Below, in pieces: positions 30,213 to 39,593 of a stretch of DNA of 64,000 bases. The notes below the pieces were generated by a model, which ran no database searches, was not told the origin of the DNA, and saw only the letters and a program-made list of their open reading frames with translations. The first letter of the stretch is position 1; each line of letters starts with the position of its first letter. The stretch comes from Anaerohalosphaeraceae bacterium (GTDB taxonomy: Bacteria > Planctomycetota > Phycisphaerae > Sedimentisphaerales > Anaerohalosphaeraceae). The translations under genes and the position numbers were made by a program. Where the stretch lies: contig CAXXSL010000011.1 of NCBI GenBank assembly GCA_963675525.2, positions 544,001 to 608,000 of the forward strand, read 5' to 3'.

Positions 30213-31796
30213 CTATCGTGCGTATTCCACACAGCGTACTTCACGCAGCAGTGTGACCTTGATCTCGCCGGGATAGGTCATTTCTTCTTCGATCTTCTTG
30301 GCAATATCCCGTGCGGTCTTCATCGCCGAATCATCCTTGATCTTATCGGCATCCACGATCACGCGAATTTCACGACCCGCCTGAATCGCATAGCAATTTT
30401 CAACGCCTTCAAAACCGGCGGCAATGTCTTCCAGTTTTTCCAGGCGTTTGATATAACGCTCCAGCGTCTCCCGGCGGGCGCCCGGACGTGAGGCGCTGAT
30501 CGCATCCGCGGCTGCTACCAAGGGCGTGTAGGCATTATCAGCCGGGATGTCGCCATGGTGAGCTTCAACCGCATTGAGAATGACCGACGATTCCTTAAAC
30601 CGGCGAAGGAAGTTCGTTCCAATGGCCGGATGACCGCCTTCGATTTCACGGTCCATGGCCTTGCCAATATCATGCAGCAGACCGGCCCGCTTGGCGATCG
30701 AGCCGTCCAGCCCCAGTTCATCAGCCATTACCTGAGCTAAAAACGCCACTTCAACACTGTGCCGCAGGACATTCTGCCCGTAACTGGTGCGGTAATGCAG
30801 GGCTCCAAGCATTCCAATGACCTTATTGTTAAGCCCGCGAACATCCACTTCTTCGGCGGCCTCTTTTCCGATTTGAGTGACACGTGCATGAACATCTTTT
30901 TTCGTCTGATTGACCACTTCTTCGATACGGGTCGGGTGAATACGTCCATCCTGGATCAACCGTTCCATACTCAACCGTGCGACTTCCCGACGGATCGGGT
31001 TAAAACCGCTGACGACGATTACCCCGGGTGTGTCATCCACGATCACATCGACACCTGTGGATTTCTCGAACGCACGAATGTTACGTCCCTCGCGGCCAAT
31101 GATGCGGCCTTTCATATCGTCGCTGGGAATGTCCACCATCGAGACGCTCACTTCGCATGTCTGCTCGGCGGCATACCGCTGAATCGCCAGATTAATCACT
31201 TCTTTGGCCTTTTCTTCAGCCATTTCCTCGGTCTGAGTCACTTTCCGCTGGATGATCTGGCCCATTTCGCGTTCACACTCATCTTCCAGCCGTGTCAAAA
31301 GCAGCTCTTTGGCCTGTTCCATATCCAGCGAGGTGATTTTTAAAAGCTGATTCTTCTGCTGAACGATCAAAGAAGACAGCTCTTTATTGCGGTTTTGACA
31401 GGAAGTCATCTGCTTATTGAGCTCTTTTTCGGTGTTATTGAGTTTGCTTTCCTGTTGCTGGATTTTTTCCTGCTTGCGATCCAGCAGATCCTCGCGCCGA
31501 GAGACCTCCAGTTCCTGCTTGCGGAGCTGGTTTTCACGAGTATTCATCTCATTGGCCAGTTCCTCACGCTTCTTCATCTTTTCGCTGGCCGCGTCAAGTT
31601 GAGCTTCTTTGATAATGGTTTCAGCCTGTTTTTTGGCTGTTTCGATACGATTTTCGAGTTCTTCTGCAAGTACTTTCGAGCGTGAATTGGACAATGCACG
31701 TTGAATGATAAAAACAACAACCGCCCCCACTGTACACCCCAGCACTAATCCCAAAAAAAGTAATCCTATGCCCTGTATTTCTGCCAATATTTCCAT
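30213..31796 (-). CDS. rny: Ribonuclease Y
   Basis: N-terminal TM helix, coiled coil, KH domain ([14 protein letters not shown]), HD domain (LLHDIGK), [22 protein letters not shown]. Confidence 0.98.
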   Translation of the reverse strand: MEILAEIQGIGLLFLGLVLGCTVGAVVVFIIQRALSNSRSKVLAEELENRIETAKKQAETIIKEAQLDAASEKMKKREELANEMNTRENQLRKQELEVSRREDLLDRKQEKIQQQESKLNNTEKELNKQMTSCQNRNKELSSLIVQQKNQLLKITSLDMEQAKELLLTRLEDECEREMGQIIQRKVTQTEEMAEEKAKEVINLAIQRYAAEQTCEVSVSMVDIPSDDMKGRIIGREGRNIRAFEKSTGVDVIVDDTPGVIVVSGFNPIRREVARLSMERLIQDGRIHPTRIEEVVNQTKKDVHARVTQIGKEAAEEVDVRGLNNKVIGMLGALHYRTSYGQNVLRHSVEVAFLAQVMADELGLDGSIAKRAGLLHDIGKAMDREIEGGHPAIGTNFLRRFKESSVILNAVEAHHGDIPADNAYTPLVAAADAISASRPGARRETLERYIKRLEKLEDIAAGFEGVENCYAIQAGREIRVIVDADKIKDDSAMKTARDIAKKIEEEMTYPGEIKVTLLREVRCVEYAR

Positions 31797-32303
31797 AAGT
31801 CTGCGCCTTTCGTCATGAAGTTTGGATCTATATTCTTGCAGAATTGGAGTCGAAAAAATGCAATCGCAGGCACAAGAAATGATTGCGTCAGGAAATGAAT
31901 TCTAACTTTATTAGACAGATAACGAGCGCACAACAGGGGCAATAATTACAGAAAATCTCCCTTTTTGAACTTAAACAGTTCTTTATTATTATAAAAAAAC
32001 CGTTTTTTTTCGCGTTCAAAATCCAGGCAAATCCCTTTGAAAACCCTGGAATCAGCAAACATTATCACTAAAATTCCCTTTCGCCATACTCACCGACTCG
32101 TTTTAGATTCCGGACTTGACGAAGAAAACACGCTATCTGTTACCTTTTCGCCTTTCGCCCATCCAAACGAAATCAATGTTCTCAAAGCACTGCTTTGCAA
32201 CTCGCCCACTGCAAGTTGTCCTATTAAGTTCATCGCGGAACGAATATACTACCGTTCCAGCGAGATACACACCTTCTCTCTCAAACATCGAGCTTATAGC
32301 TTT

Positions 32304-32331
32304 ATCTTACATTTTTTACAATTTTGGTCAA
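32304..32331 (-). promoter_or_regulatory. Candidate sigma70 promoter about 500 nt upstream of rny
   Basis: Minus strand TTGACC, 16 bp spacer, TAAGAT. Confidence 0.4.
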
Positions 32332-32602
32332 GGAAATTCCTCTCGCTATGTAACTCTTAAATAATTAGTATTTCTCGACCTCGATTGCATTCTTCCGAAA
32401 ACTGCTGAATCTCACACATTATCGGACATGTCTGTAAAAATATCCCTCATAATTCACAATTAATGGGCTATTTTTATCCTGCTTCGTTATTTCATCTCGA
32501 TAACCCGCCGATGTCTGAGTGGCTCGAATAAAGGAGCGAGTAAAGAAATAACAGGGAAAAGTGATCACTCGGCCGCTTGGCCGATACGGAGTTTATAGAA
32601 GA

Positions 32603-33178
32603 ATGACAAAAAAAGAGGTCCTAACAACCGGGCAGGTTGCTCAGATATGTAATGTGGCCCCTCGAACCGTGACAAAATGGTTCGACAACGGCCAATTGAG
32701 AGGATATCGCATCCCCGGCTCAAAAGATCGCAGAATCCCCCTAAGCGAATTGATCCGTTTCATGAAGGAGCATGATATCCCGACTGACGGGATCGAAAAA
32801 GGAAAGGTTCGCATCCTGATCATTGACAGCCAGGTTGAATGTGCCGTCCGTTTTGCCGATGAACTGCAAACCAAAGGCAGCTTTGAGGTCAAATGTGCCC
32901 ACAACAGCTTCGACGCCGGGCTGCTGGCCCAGAAATTCTCTCCGAATATCATCCTGATCGACCTGATGAGTCGCGATATTGACTCGCACAATCTCTGTAA
33001 TTATGTCCGCAGCAATCAGGACCTGACCGACTGCTCACTGATCGCCCTGGCCGGGGGACTCAGCGAAAAAGAAGCCCAAAATCTCCGGCAGCAGGGATTT
33101 GACGCCGTAGTAACCGATTCGACCGATATGAAACAGATACTGGGCCGTATCCAGGAATGCTGCTCGATCTTTCATTAA
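32603..33178 (+). CDS. Excisionase-like HTH (HTH_17) plus atypical receiver domain regulator
   Basis: VLTTGQVAQICNVAPRTVTKWFD.G.L.GYRIPGS.DRRI; C-terminal ILIID...PNIILIDL receiver fold. Confidence 0.88.
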   Translation: MTKKEVLTTGQVAQICNVAPRTVTKWFDNGQLRGYRIPGSKDRRIPLSELIRFMKEHDIPTDGIEKGKVRILIIDSQVECAVRFADELQTKGSFEVKCAHNSFDAGLLAQKFSPNIILIDLMSRDIDSHNLCNYVRSNQDLTDCSLIALAGGLSEKEAQNLRQQGFDAVVTDSTDMKQILGRIQECCSIFH

Positions 33179-33193
33179 ACATCAACCGAACCG

Positions 33194-33724
33194 CTATCTC
33201 AAAATGTCCTTAAAATCGGCACAATAGTCTTTACGCTGGCAATCTGCGCAGTGGGTTCCCATCCAGACGGTATCAAACTGTTCCATGATCGCGGCGATCA
33301 TGGCCGGGTCGGTGGTGATGATGCCGGATTCGAAATTGCGGCGTTTGTCCGACTTGGCCCCCATGCCCGCCCCGGTCAGATTGGCGCTGCCGGAGTAGGC
33401 GAACACGCCGTCAACAACCACACACTTAAAATGCACCCGCGGACACAGCAGACGTTCCATGCCACCGATCAGGTTGGGGGATTTATCAAAATCCTCGCGG
33501 AATGCCTTGCCCGGTTCTTTGGCGTGGATCAGGCGAATGGACACCTGTCGTTTGACCAGATCCGAGAGAACTTTCAAAAACGGAACCATCCGCCCCTTGC
33601 TGTCAACATGCAGGTCCTTGAGATCGCTGGTACCGAGCCAGAGAAAATCATTCGCGCGCGGTACATGCTCCAGCAACACACGTTCGTAAATCTGCCTGTC
33701 GGTGATAAATTCTGTAACAGCCAT
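33194..33724 (-). CDS. Single-domain phospholipase D-like (HKD) protein with Cys-rich tail
   Basis: HFKCVVVD (HxKxxxxD), GSANLT, NFESG; C-terminal CADCQRKDYC. Confidence 0.85.
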   Translation of the reverse strand: MAVTEFITDRQIYERVLLEHVPRANDFLWLGTSDLKDLHVDSKGRMVPFLKVLSDLVKRQVSIRLIHAKEPGKAFREDFDKSPNLIGGMERLLCPRVHFKCVVVDGVFAYSGSANLTGAGMGAKSDKRRNFESGIITTDPAMIAAIMEQFDTVWMGTHCADCQRKDYCADFKDILR

Positions 33725-33734
33725 CGATCCGGAT

Positions 33735-34073
33735 TTATTCATTGGCCTCCAGCGCATCAATAATTTCAGGCATATGAGTGAATCCCGGCCCGCCGGACAT
33801 CATCACCGCGACCTGTGCCGCTTCGAGGATCTCCTCTTTGCTCGCTCCGGCGCCGAGACATTTTTTGACATGCAGGAAGAGACAGGGTTTGCACTGTATC
33901 GCCATCGCGATCCCCAGGGCAATCAGTTCCTTTTCACGAACGGTCAGTTTGCCTTCGCCCATGGTCTTCTGAAACAACCCGCCAAAACCGACCATCATGT
34001 TCGGAGCCATTTTTTTCATTTTTTCCGTGTCGGCTTCGAACTTCTCGTAAAATGCTTTCACTTTTTCACTCAT
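33735..34073 (-). CDS. Carboxymuconolactone decarboxylase/AhpD family protein
   Basis: G.L..REKELIALGIA.AIQCKPC...H...CL.AGAS.EEI.EA..VA.MM.GGP. Confidence 0.9.
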   Translation of the reverse strand: MSEKVKAFYEKFEADTEKMKKMAPNMMVGFGGLFQKTMGEGKLTVREKELIALGIAMAIQCKPCLFLHVKKCLGAGASKEEILEAAQVAVMMSGGPGFTHMPEIIDALEANE

Positions 34074-34141
34074 GCTTACTTTACCTTTCAATCATCAATA
34101 TTTATCTATTTAGTTGCAGTCACTGAGGCATTTTTTCTTTT

Positions 34142-35017
34142 TTAAAATTCCACGACCTGCCCGAAGGCAGCGCTGAGATTATCAATCACATCCGTTGCGA
34201 TCAGGCTGACCTGCCCGTGAATGGCCGCGGCGATGTTGCCCGCCAGACCATGAACGTACACACCCAGCACCGCCGCATCGAACAATGACAAGCCCTGCCC
34301 TGCCAGCGCCGTGACGACACCGGTTAAGACATCCCCGCTGCCCGCCGTCGCCATGCCGGGATTGCCCGACGTGTTGACATAAACCTGCTTGCCGTCGGTC
34401 ACAACCGTTCCGGCTCCTTTTAAAACAACCGTGCATTTCGTTTTTTGCGCCAATTGCGCCGCGCATTCCTGGCGATTTTCCGGCATCGGTTCTCGAAAGA
34501 CACTCTGCCACAGTCGTTTCATCTCACCCGGATGCGGCGTTAAAACGATCTCTGCTTTTTTTCTATCGAGCCAGCCGCCCGCGCCGCCGCATTGTGAAAG
34601 CACATTCAACCCGTCTGCATCGACCACCAACTTCAATCCCTCAACCGCCAGCATCGAAAGCAAAACATCACGAACACCCGCACCCGTTCCCGCACCGGGA
34701 CCAAACGCAACGACATCGTTATCCGCAAGCACCCCGTTTAAATCAACCGCCGCCTCCGAAGCCATCTGACCGTTTGCATCCTCCGGCAGAGCAATGGTTG
34801 TATAACAGGGATTGATCCCCGCGACAACCGGTTGAATGCAAGCCGGAACCGCCGCACGCACCAACCCCGCCCCGCTGCGCAAAGCCGCCAGCCCAGCCAA
34901 TGCCGGTGCCCCGCTGAACCCAACACTGCCCCCGACAATCAACACCTTGCCAAAGGTGCCTTTGTGTGAATCAACAGGACGTTTCTCAAGTTTGGGTAGT
35001 TCAGTTATTTTTTTCAT
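34142..35017 (-). CDS. nnrD: ADP/ATP-dependent NAD(P)H-hydrate dehydratase (stand-alone)
   Basis: R..DSHKG.FG.VLIVGGS..FSGA, A.RSGAGLV, VDADGL, LTPHPGE, VLKG, GNPGMATAGSGDVL.G. Confidence 0.95.
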   Translation of the reverse strand: MKKITELPKLEKRPVDSHKGTFGKVLIVGGSVGFSGAPALAGLAALRSGAGLVRAAVPACIQPVVAGINPCYTTIALPEDANGQMASEAAVDLNGVLADNDVVAFGPGAGTGAGVRDVLLSMLAVEGLKLVVDADGLNVLSQCGGAGGWLDRKKAEIVLTPHPGEMKRLWQSVFREPMPENRQECAAQLAQKTKCTVVLKGAGTVVTDGKQVYVNTSGNPGMATAGSGDVLTGVVTALAGQGLSLFDAAVLGVYVHGLAGNIAAAIHGQVSLIATDVIDNLSAAFGQVVEF

Positions 35018-35018
35018 G

Positions 35019-35603
35019 TTATTGTTCCAAAATGTGTTTTAAACCTGGAAATTCTCGCTCCTCTTGAGGATTTCTTTTCCGATAATCATCATTTGCTTCT
35101 TGCTTTCTATTACCATATGAAACAGAAATATAAGTTCCTCCTCCTCTCGCATCATGGTAAGAGAAAACTTTTCCCCATGTATATTTATACTCGTAAGAAT
35201 ACTTAAGAGACTTTTGTTTCTTTGGCCATTTCTCCCATCTTGAGCTATATTTTTTATGTGGTTTCCCAAGAAGTTTTTTCAGTATTTCATCATGAAAATG
35301 TTTAATCTGTGCCTCATAATCAAGTGAATAGTTCTCCCATCCCTTGGAATCAGGCGGGTACAAATCTACACTTATTTGTACATAAAGTAGAAGTTCTCCA
35401 TAAAAACATAAACTCACAAAAATAGGTTTATTCTCTAAAGTTTCCCCGTGTAAATTATAGTGAATAAAAGGCAAAGTACCGTAGTCTTTTGCTGTTGACT
35501 TTTCAAAATATTGAGTATTTTTAAATGAAGACTGAGTCAGGTTAGCATGGATTTTAAATCCACTCGTCAAAAGCACATCTCCATTGATTTTGTCAATCAG
35601 CAT
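35019..35603 (-). CDS. AT-rich hypothetical protein (orphan insertion)
   Basis: Open frame of ~194 aa filling the larB-nnrD gap, visibly more AT-rich than its neighbours. Confidence 0.7.
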   Translation of the reverse strand: MLIDKINGDVLLTSGFKIHANLTQSSFKNTQYFEKSTAKDYGTLPFIHYNLHGETLENKPIFVSLCFYGELLLYVQISVDLYPPDSKGWENYSLDYEAQIKHFHDEILKKLLGKPHKKYSSRWEKWPKKQKSLKYSYEYKYTWGKVFSYHDARGGGTYISVSYGNRKQEANDDYRKRNPQEEREFPGLKHILEQ

Positions 35604-35616
35604 AATGACTCTAATA

Positions 35617-36381
35617 TTAATTGCCTGCAATTTTCATATTAATCATACTGGCGGAATAGGCGGCGCCGAAGCCGTTGTCGATATTCACCACCGTCACGCC
35701 GGAGGCACAACTGTTCAGCATTGTCAGCAGCGCCGACAGCCCTTCAAAGCATGAGCCATAGCCCACGCTCGTCGGCACCGCGATCACTGGGCAATCCACC
35801 AGCCCGCCGACCACACTGGCCAGCGCTCCTTCCATACCCGCCACCACGATCAACACATTGGCCTTTCGAATCACTTCAAGATGCCCCAATAACCGGTGCA
35901 GTCCCGCCACACCCACATCACACACCACCTCAACCTTTTGCCCCAGCATCTGCGCCGTCACCCGCGCTTCTTCAGCCACCGGCATATCCGCTGTGCCCGC
36001 GGTCACGATCACAATATCTCCGATAGGCGATGTTAAAGGTGTTTGCTCCAGAACAATCATGCGGGCATCCCGTTCATAGCGAAGGCCTTCAAGACCGAGT
36101 ATCTTTTCAACATTCTCATACAAAGTACTCTCAGCCCGAGTCGCAATGATGTTCTGCCCGGTCGTTGCCAGCTTCTCAAAGATCCCCGCAATCTGCTCGG
36201 CCGTCTTTCCGGGGCAGTAGATCACCTCCGGAAACCCGCACCGCAGCGTGCGATGATGATCGATCTTGGCAAACCCTATATCCTCAAACGGCAGATGCCG
36301 CAGGCGTTCGGCAGCCTCATGAATATCCAGCCTTCTGTCCTGAACATCCTGAAGCAATTGTTCGATCTGCTTATAATTCAT
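35617..36381 (-). CDS. larB: Nickel-pincer cofactor biosynthesis protein LarB (PurE-like)
   Basis: FAKIDHHR.LR.GFPEV.YC.GK, TAGTAD.PVAEEA, DVGVAGLHRL, AGMEGAL.SV, AVPTSVGYG, MLNSCA.GV.VVNIDNGFGAA. Confidence 0.95.
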   Translation of the reverse strand: MNYKQIEQLLQDVQDRRLDIHEAAERLRHLPFEDIGFAKIDHHRTLRCGFPEVIYCPGKTAEQIAGIFEKLATTGQNIIATRAESTLYENVEKILGLEGLRYERDARMIVLEQTPLTSPIGDIVIVTAGTADMPVAEEARVTAQMLGQKVEVVCDVGVAGLHRLLGHLEVIRKANVLIVVAGMEGALASVVGGLVDCPVIAVPTSVGYGSCFEGLSALLTMLNSCASGVTVVNIDNGFGAAYSASMINMKIAGN

Positions 36382-36396
36382 GAATCACTCCCGCGA

Positions 36397-38361
36397 TCAT
36401 TCAACATCTAATTCCAGTACTGTCATGGAATACTCTTTAAATCGATAGGTAAACTTCGGCGAAGAAACATTAAAGGGTGCCGCTTTTGCAGGAACAATCT
36501 TTGCCGGTTCTTCGATCGTGTTTTTGTCCTGCGGTTGGCCGGACAACACCGTGCCGCCTGCATAACTGACTGTTTTTACACCTTTAAGATCAATCTCGGA
36601 GGCAATCGCTTTTCCCGAAGGATTCACAACCTTTAAGATAATTTGTTTGCCGCTGCGGCAGGCGGACACATAAAGGTTCTCGTCCTGTCCCTGTAAAGTA
36701 ACCGGCAAAACCACATCGCCCCGCTTGGTGCTGAATAACTTCTGCACGTAATAATTAGGCGTGCCGTAAACGCTCAGATTGTCAAACCAGATAAGGTCCG
36801 GTTTCCACTGCCATGCGTCAACATGAGCAAACAGCGGCGCATAAGAAGACATCGTAACAAGATCGGCGTTCCGTTCCAGTCCTGTCATAAACGCCGCTTC
36901 GGCCAGTGCACATCCCAGATTGTTTTGATTATCCGGATTGGCGACACTGCCGCTTATCGCAGCATACTCGCCGACAAACAGTTTGGGCCCATTCCGGTCA
37001 TAGTCATCATAATGGTCGGCATTTTGAACAAACCAGTCGGGTGGACGATAAAAATGCTCATCGACAATATCAGCCTTGAGCTTGCGCAGCTCGGCCCATA
37101 GATACTCCACTTCTTTGGGACCGTTGGGGAAGATCGCCGGGTCCGAACCGGTAGCGCCAATCAGCACGATGTCCGGATATTTTTCCTTGATGGCTTTGAC
37201 AAATACCTTATATCGTTCGATGTATTGCGGTCCCCATTGCTCGTTGCCGACGCCGAGAAGTTTCATATTGAACGGTTCCGGATGCCCCATCTCGGCGCGA
37301 ATGCACCCCCATTTGCTGTCAGCGGGACCGTTGGCAAATTCGATCAGGTCCAGAGCATCCTGCACATACGGCCCGAGTTTTTCGACTGCTACAGTTTCGC
37401 CTGTATTGAACTGGCATGCCATGCCGCAGTTGATAATGGGCATCGGCTCGGCGTTGACCTGTTCACTCAGGAGAAAATATTCATAGAAGCCCAGACCGAA
37501 TGATTGATAATAGTCGGGTGTTAGACGGTGTTTGAATTCCGTGTTCCATCGGTTGATGATGGTTTTGCGCTGGTTGATGTCCCCAATGGTTTTCTTCCAC
37601 TGATAACGTACACTCAGCGTCCTGCCTTCCACAATGCAGCCGCCGGGAAAACGGAGGAAGCCGGGCTTCATCGCTGCCAGCATGTCAACAAGATCTTTGC
37701 GCAGGCCCGGAATGGGCCGATCGGTCATTCTCGCTGTGTCAGCAGGAAACAACGAAACCATATCGAGATCGACCGAACCAAAAGAACCAAGGAAGACCTC
37801 CAGGTTCGCATGGCTATCGGTCGATTTAGCTTCCATTTTGCAGGTGTAATTTTTCCAGCCGCCGCTGATATTGTCGATTGTCCCTTCCATGGCTGAGCCT
37901 ACTTTAATTTTCAAGCTCATGGCAGGTTGCGGAGAAACCTGCTTTGCATAGACGGAGAACCAATAGGACTGGCCCTTTTTGATGCCCATCCCGCGAAAAC
38001 CTTCATTCCTGATGCCAAAAGGTTGTCCTTTCGAAGCAGACATCCGCAAACAACGGGGGTTTGTTTCTTCATAAGGCTGTTTGACAACAACGGCAGCCAT
38101 ACCATCCGAATCGGCGCTTAGAAGCCAATTCCAGCCCATCATGGGGTCATCGAATTCGAAAGAACGGTTTTTCACTAATTCGGCGTAAATGCCGCCGTCA
38201 GCGCCAAAATTAATGTCTTCAAAAAAGATTCCCCACATGGTTTTGGCAATGGCTGCCCCCGGCTGACCGACAGACACCGTAATTGTTGATTGAGCACTGG
38301 CCAATCCTGCAAAAAGAGCCGCCACCAGCAACACACTCATGTAACCTGATATCCATTTCAT
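36397..38361 (-). CDS. GH51 alpha-L-arabinofuranosidase, secreted
   Basis: Signal peptide; GIFFEDINFGADGG.YAE, LRFPGGC, GNEQWG, DEHFY, VGEYA, SYAPLF. Confidence 0.93.
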   Translation of the reverse strand: MKWISGYMSVLLVAALFAGLASAQSTITVSVGQPGAAIAKTMWGIFFEDINFGADGGIYAELVKNRSFEFDDPMMGWNWLLSADSDGMAAVVVKQPYEETNPRCLRMSASKGQPFGIRNEGFRGMGIKKGQSYWFSVYAKQVSPQPAMSLKIKVGSAMEGTIDNISGGWKNYTCKMEAKSTDSHANLEVFLGSFGSVDLDMVSLFPADTARMTDRPIPGLRKDLVDMLAAMKPGFLRFPGGCIVEGRTLSVRYQWKKTIGDINQRKTIINRWNTEFKHRLTPDYYQSFGLGFYEYFLLSEQVNAEPMPIINCGMACQFNTGETVAVEKLGPYVQDALDLIEFANGPADSKWGCIRAEMGHPEPFNMKLLGVGNEQWGPQYIERYKVFVKAIKEKYPDIVLIGATGSDPAIFPNGPKEVEYLWAELRKLKADIVDEHFYRPPDWFVQNADHYDDYDRNGPKLFVGEYAAISGSVANPDNQNNLGCALAEAAFMTGLERNADLVTMSSYAPLFAHVDAWQWKPDLIWFDNLSVYGTPNYYVQKLFSTKRGDVVLPVTLQGQDENLYVSACRSGKQIILKVVNPSGKAIASEIDLKGVKTVSYAGGTVLSGQPQDKNTIEEPAKIVPAKAAPFNVSSPKFTYRFKEYSMTVLELDVE

Positions 38362-38399
38362 TTGCTTTCTCCTTGAAAAAAGATCAAAAGTTTCTATTT

Positions 38400-39431
38400 T
38401 TATACTGTTGCACTGGGTTCCAAATCCAGCCCGGCAAACAGCCCGGCCTGGTATTTATAATAAGCCAGCGAGGCCACCATCACCGCGTTGTCCGTACAAT
38501 ATTTCTTCGGGGCATTCAACAGCGTCAACCCCTTGTGACGGCACATGGTTTCCATCGCATCCCGCAGGGCGCCGTTGCAGGCCACCCCGCCGCCCATCAA
38601 TACACTTTTAGCTTTGATCTGTTCGGCGGCCCGCTGTGTCTTTTTCACCAGTACCTCCACCACCGCCGCCTGAAACGACGCGGCAATATCGGCGATTTCC
38701 TGATGACTCATTGATGCGACACGATTTTCACCCTTCATATCCTGCCCCTGGCAGTGATACAGCACCGCAGTCTTGAGCCCGCTGAATGAAAAATCCAGAT
38801 TGTCCTTATCCAACAGCGACCGCGGAAAACGAATCGCCTTCGGATTGCCCTCTTTAGCGATCTTCTCAATATTCGGCCCGCCGGGATACGGCAGTCCCAA
38901 AATCGACGCCACCTTATCAAACGCCTCACCCGCCGCATCGTCAATGGTTCGGCCCAAGAGCCGCAAATCCAGCACCGACTCGGCATCGTATAAATTCGAA
39001 TGCCCGCCGGAAACGATCAACGCCACCGCGGGCAACTCAACCGATTCGGCCTCCAGCATCGCCGACTGCAAGTGCGCATGCACATGATTGACCGCCACCA
39101 ACGGCTTATCCCACATAAACGCCAGCGTCTTGGCCGCCGTCACACCCACCATCAGCGCAATCGTCAATCCCGGCTGATTCGCAACAGCCACTGCGTCAAT
39201 CTCCGCCGGCGAAATCTGCGACTGGGCAAGCGCCTCTTCGACAATCGGCAGAATCTGCTCCACATGGGCCCGCGAGGCAATCTCCGGCACAACCCCGCCG
39301 AATTTTTCATGCAGTTTTGTCTGTGAGGCCACCACGGACGAACGAACCACCTTGCCATCGGTCACAACCGCCGCCGCCGTCTCATCGCAACTGGTCTCGA
39401 TCCCCAGGATCGTTACTTGTTTTTCACTCAA
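38400..39431 (-). CDS. tsaD: tRNA N6-threonylcarbamoyladenosine synthase TsaD
   Basis: ILGIETSCDETAAAV, GGVVPEIASRAH, HVHAH, VSGGHS, DDAAGEAFDK, FSFSGLKT, TDNA.M. Probable TTG start at 39431. Confidence 0.97.
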   Translation of the reverse strand: MSEKQVTILGIETSCDETAAAVVTDGKVVRSSVVASQTKLHEKFGGVVPEIASRAHVEQILPIVEEALAQSQISPAEIDAVAVANQPGLTIALMVGVTAAKTLAFMWDKPLVAVNHVHAHLQSAMLEAESVELPAVALIVSGGHSNLYDAESVLDLRLLGRTIDDAAGEAFDKVASILGLPYPGGPNIEKIAKEGNPKAIRFPRSLLDKDNLDFSFSGLKTAVLYHCQGQDMKGENRVASMSHQEIADIAASFQAAVVEVLVKKTQRAAEQIKAKSVLMGGGVACNGALRDAMETMCRHKGLTLLNAPKKYCTDNAVMVASLAYYKYQAGLFAGLDLEPSATV

Positions 39432-39593
39432 AACCTTATCTCCCGTGTTCGTTTTCCCATAGATTAGCCCCCCATCCAAAAAGTGTCAACAGAATTGATG
39501 TTTTCGGAATTTCGGCTAATCCTTGACCTAATTCCGGATTTCGGTTACGATGAGCCCGTTATTACATAAACAGACCTTGTAAAGTGACCGACG

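Noticed and set aside
31665..31678. TGCAAGTACTTTCG resembling the LacI operator
   Set aside because: Inside the rny coding sequence and far from the regulon; probably chance.
32037..32364. ORFs of 107 and 82 aa in the rny upstream region
   Set aside because: TTG starts, no RBS, no motifs; likely chance ORFs.
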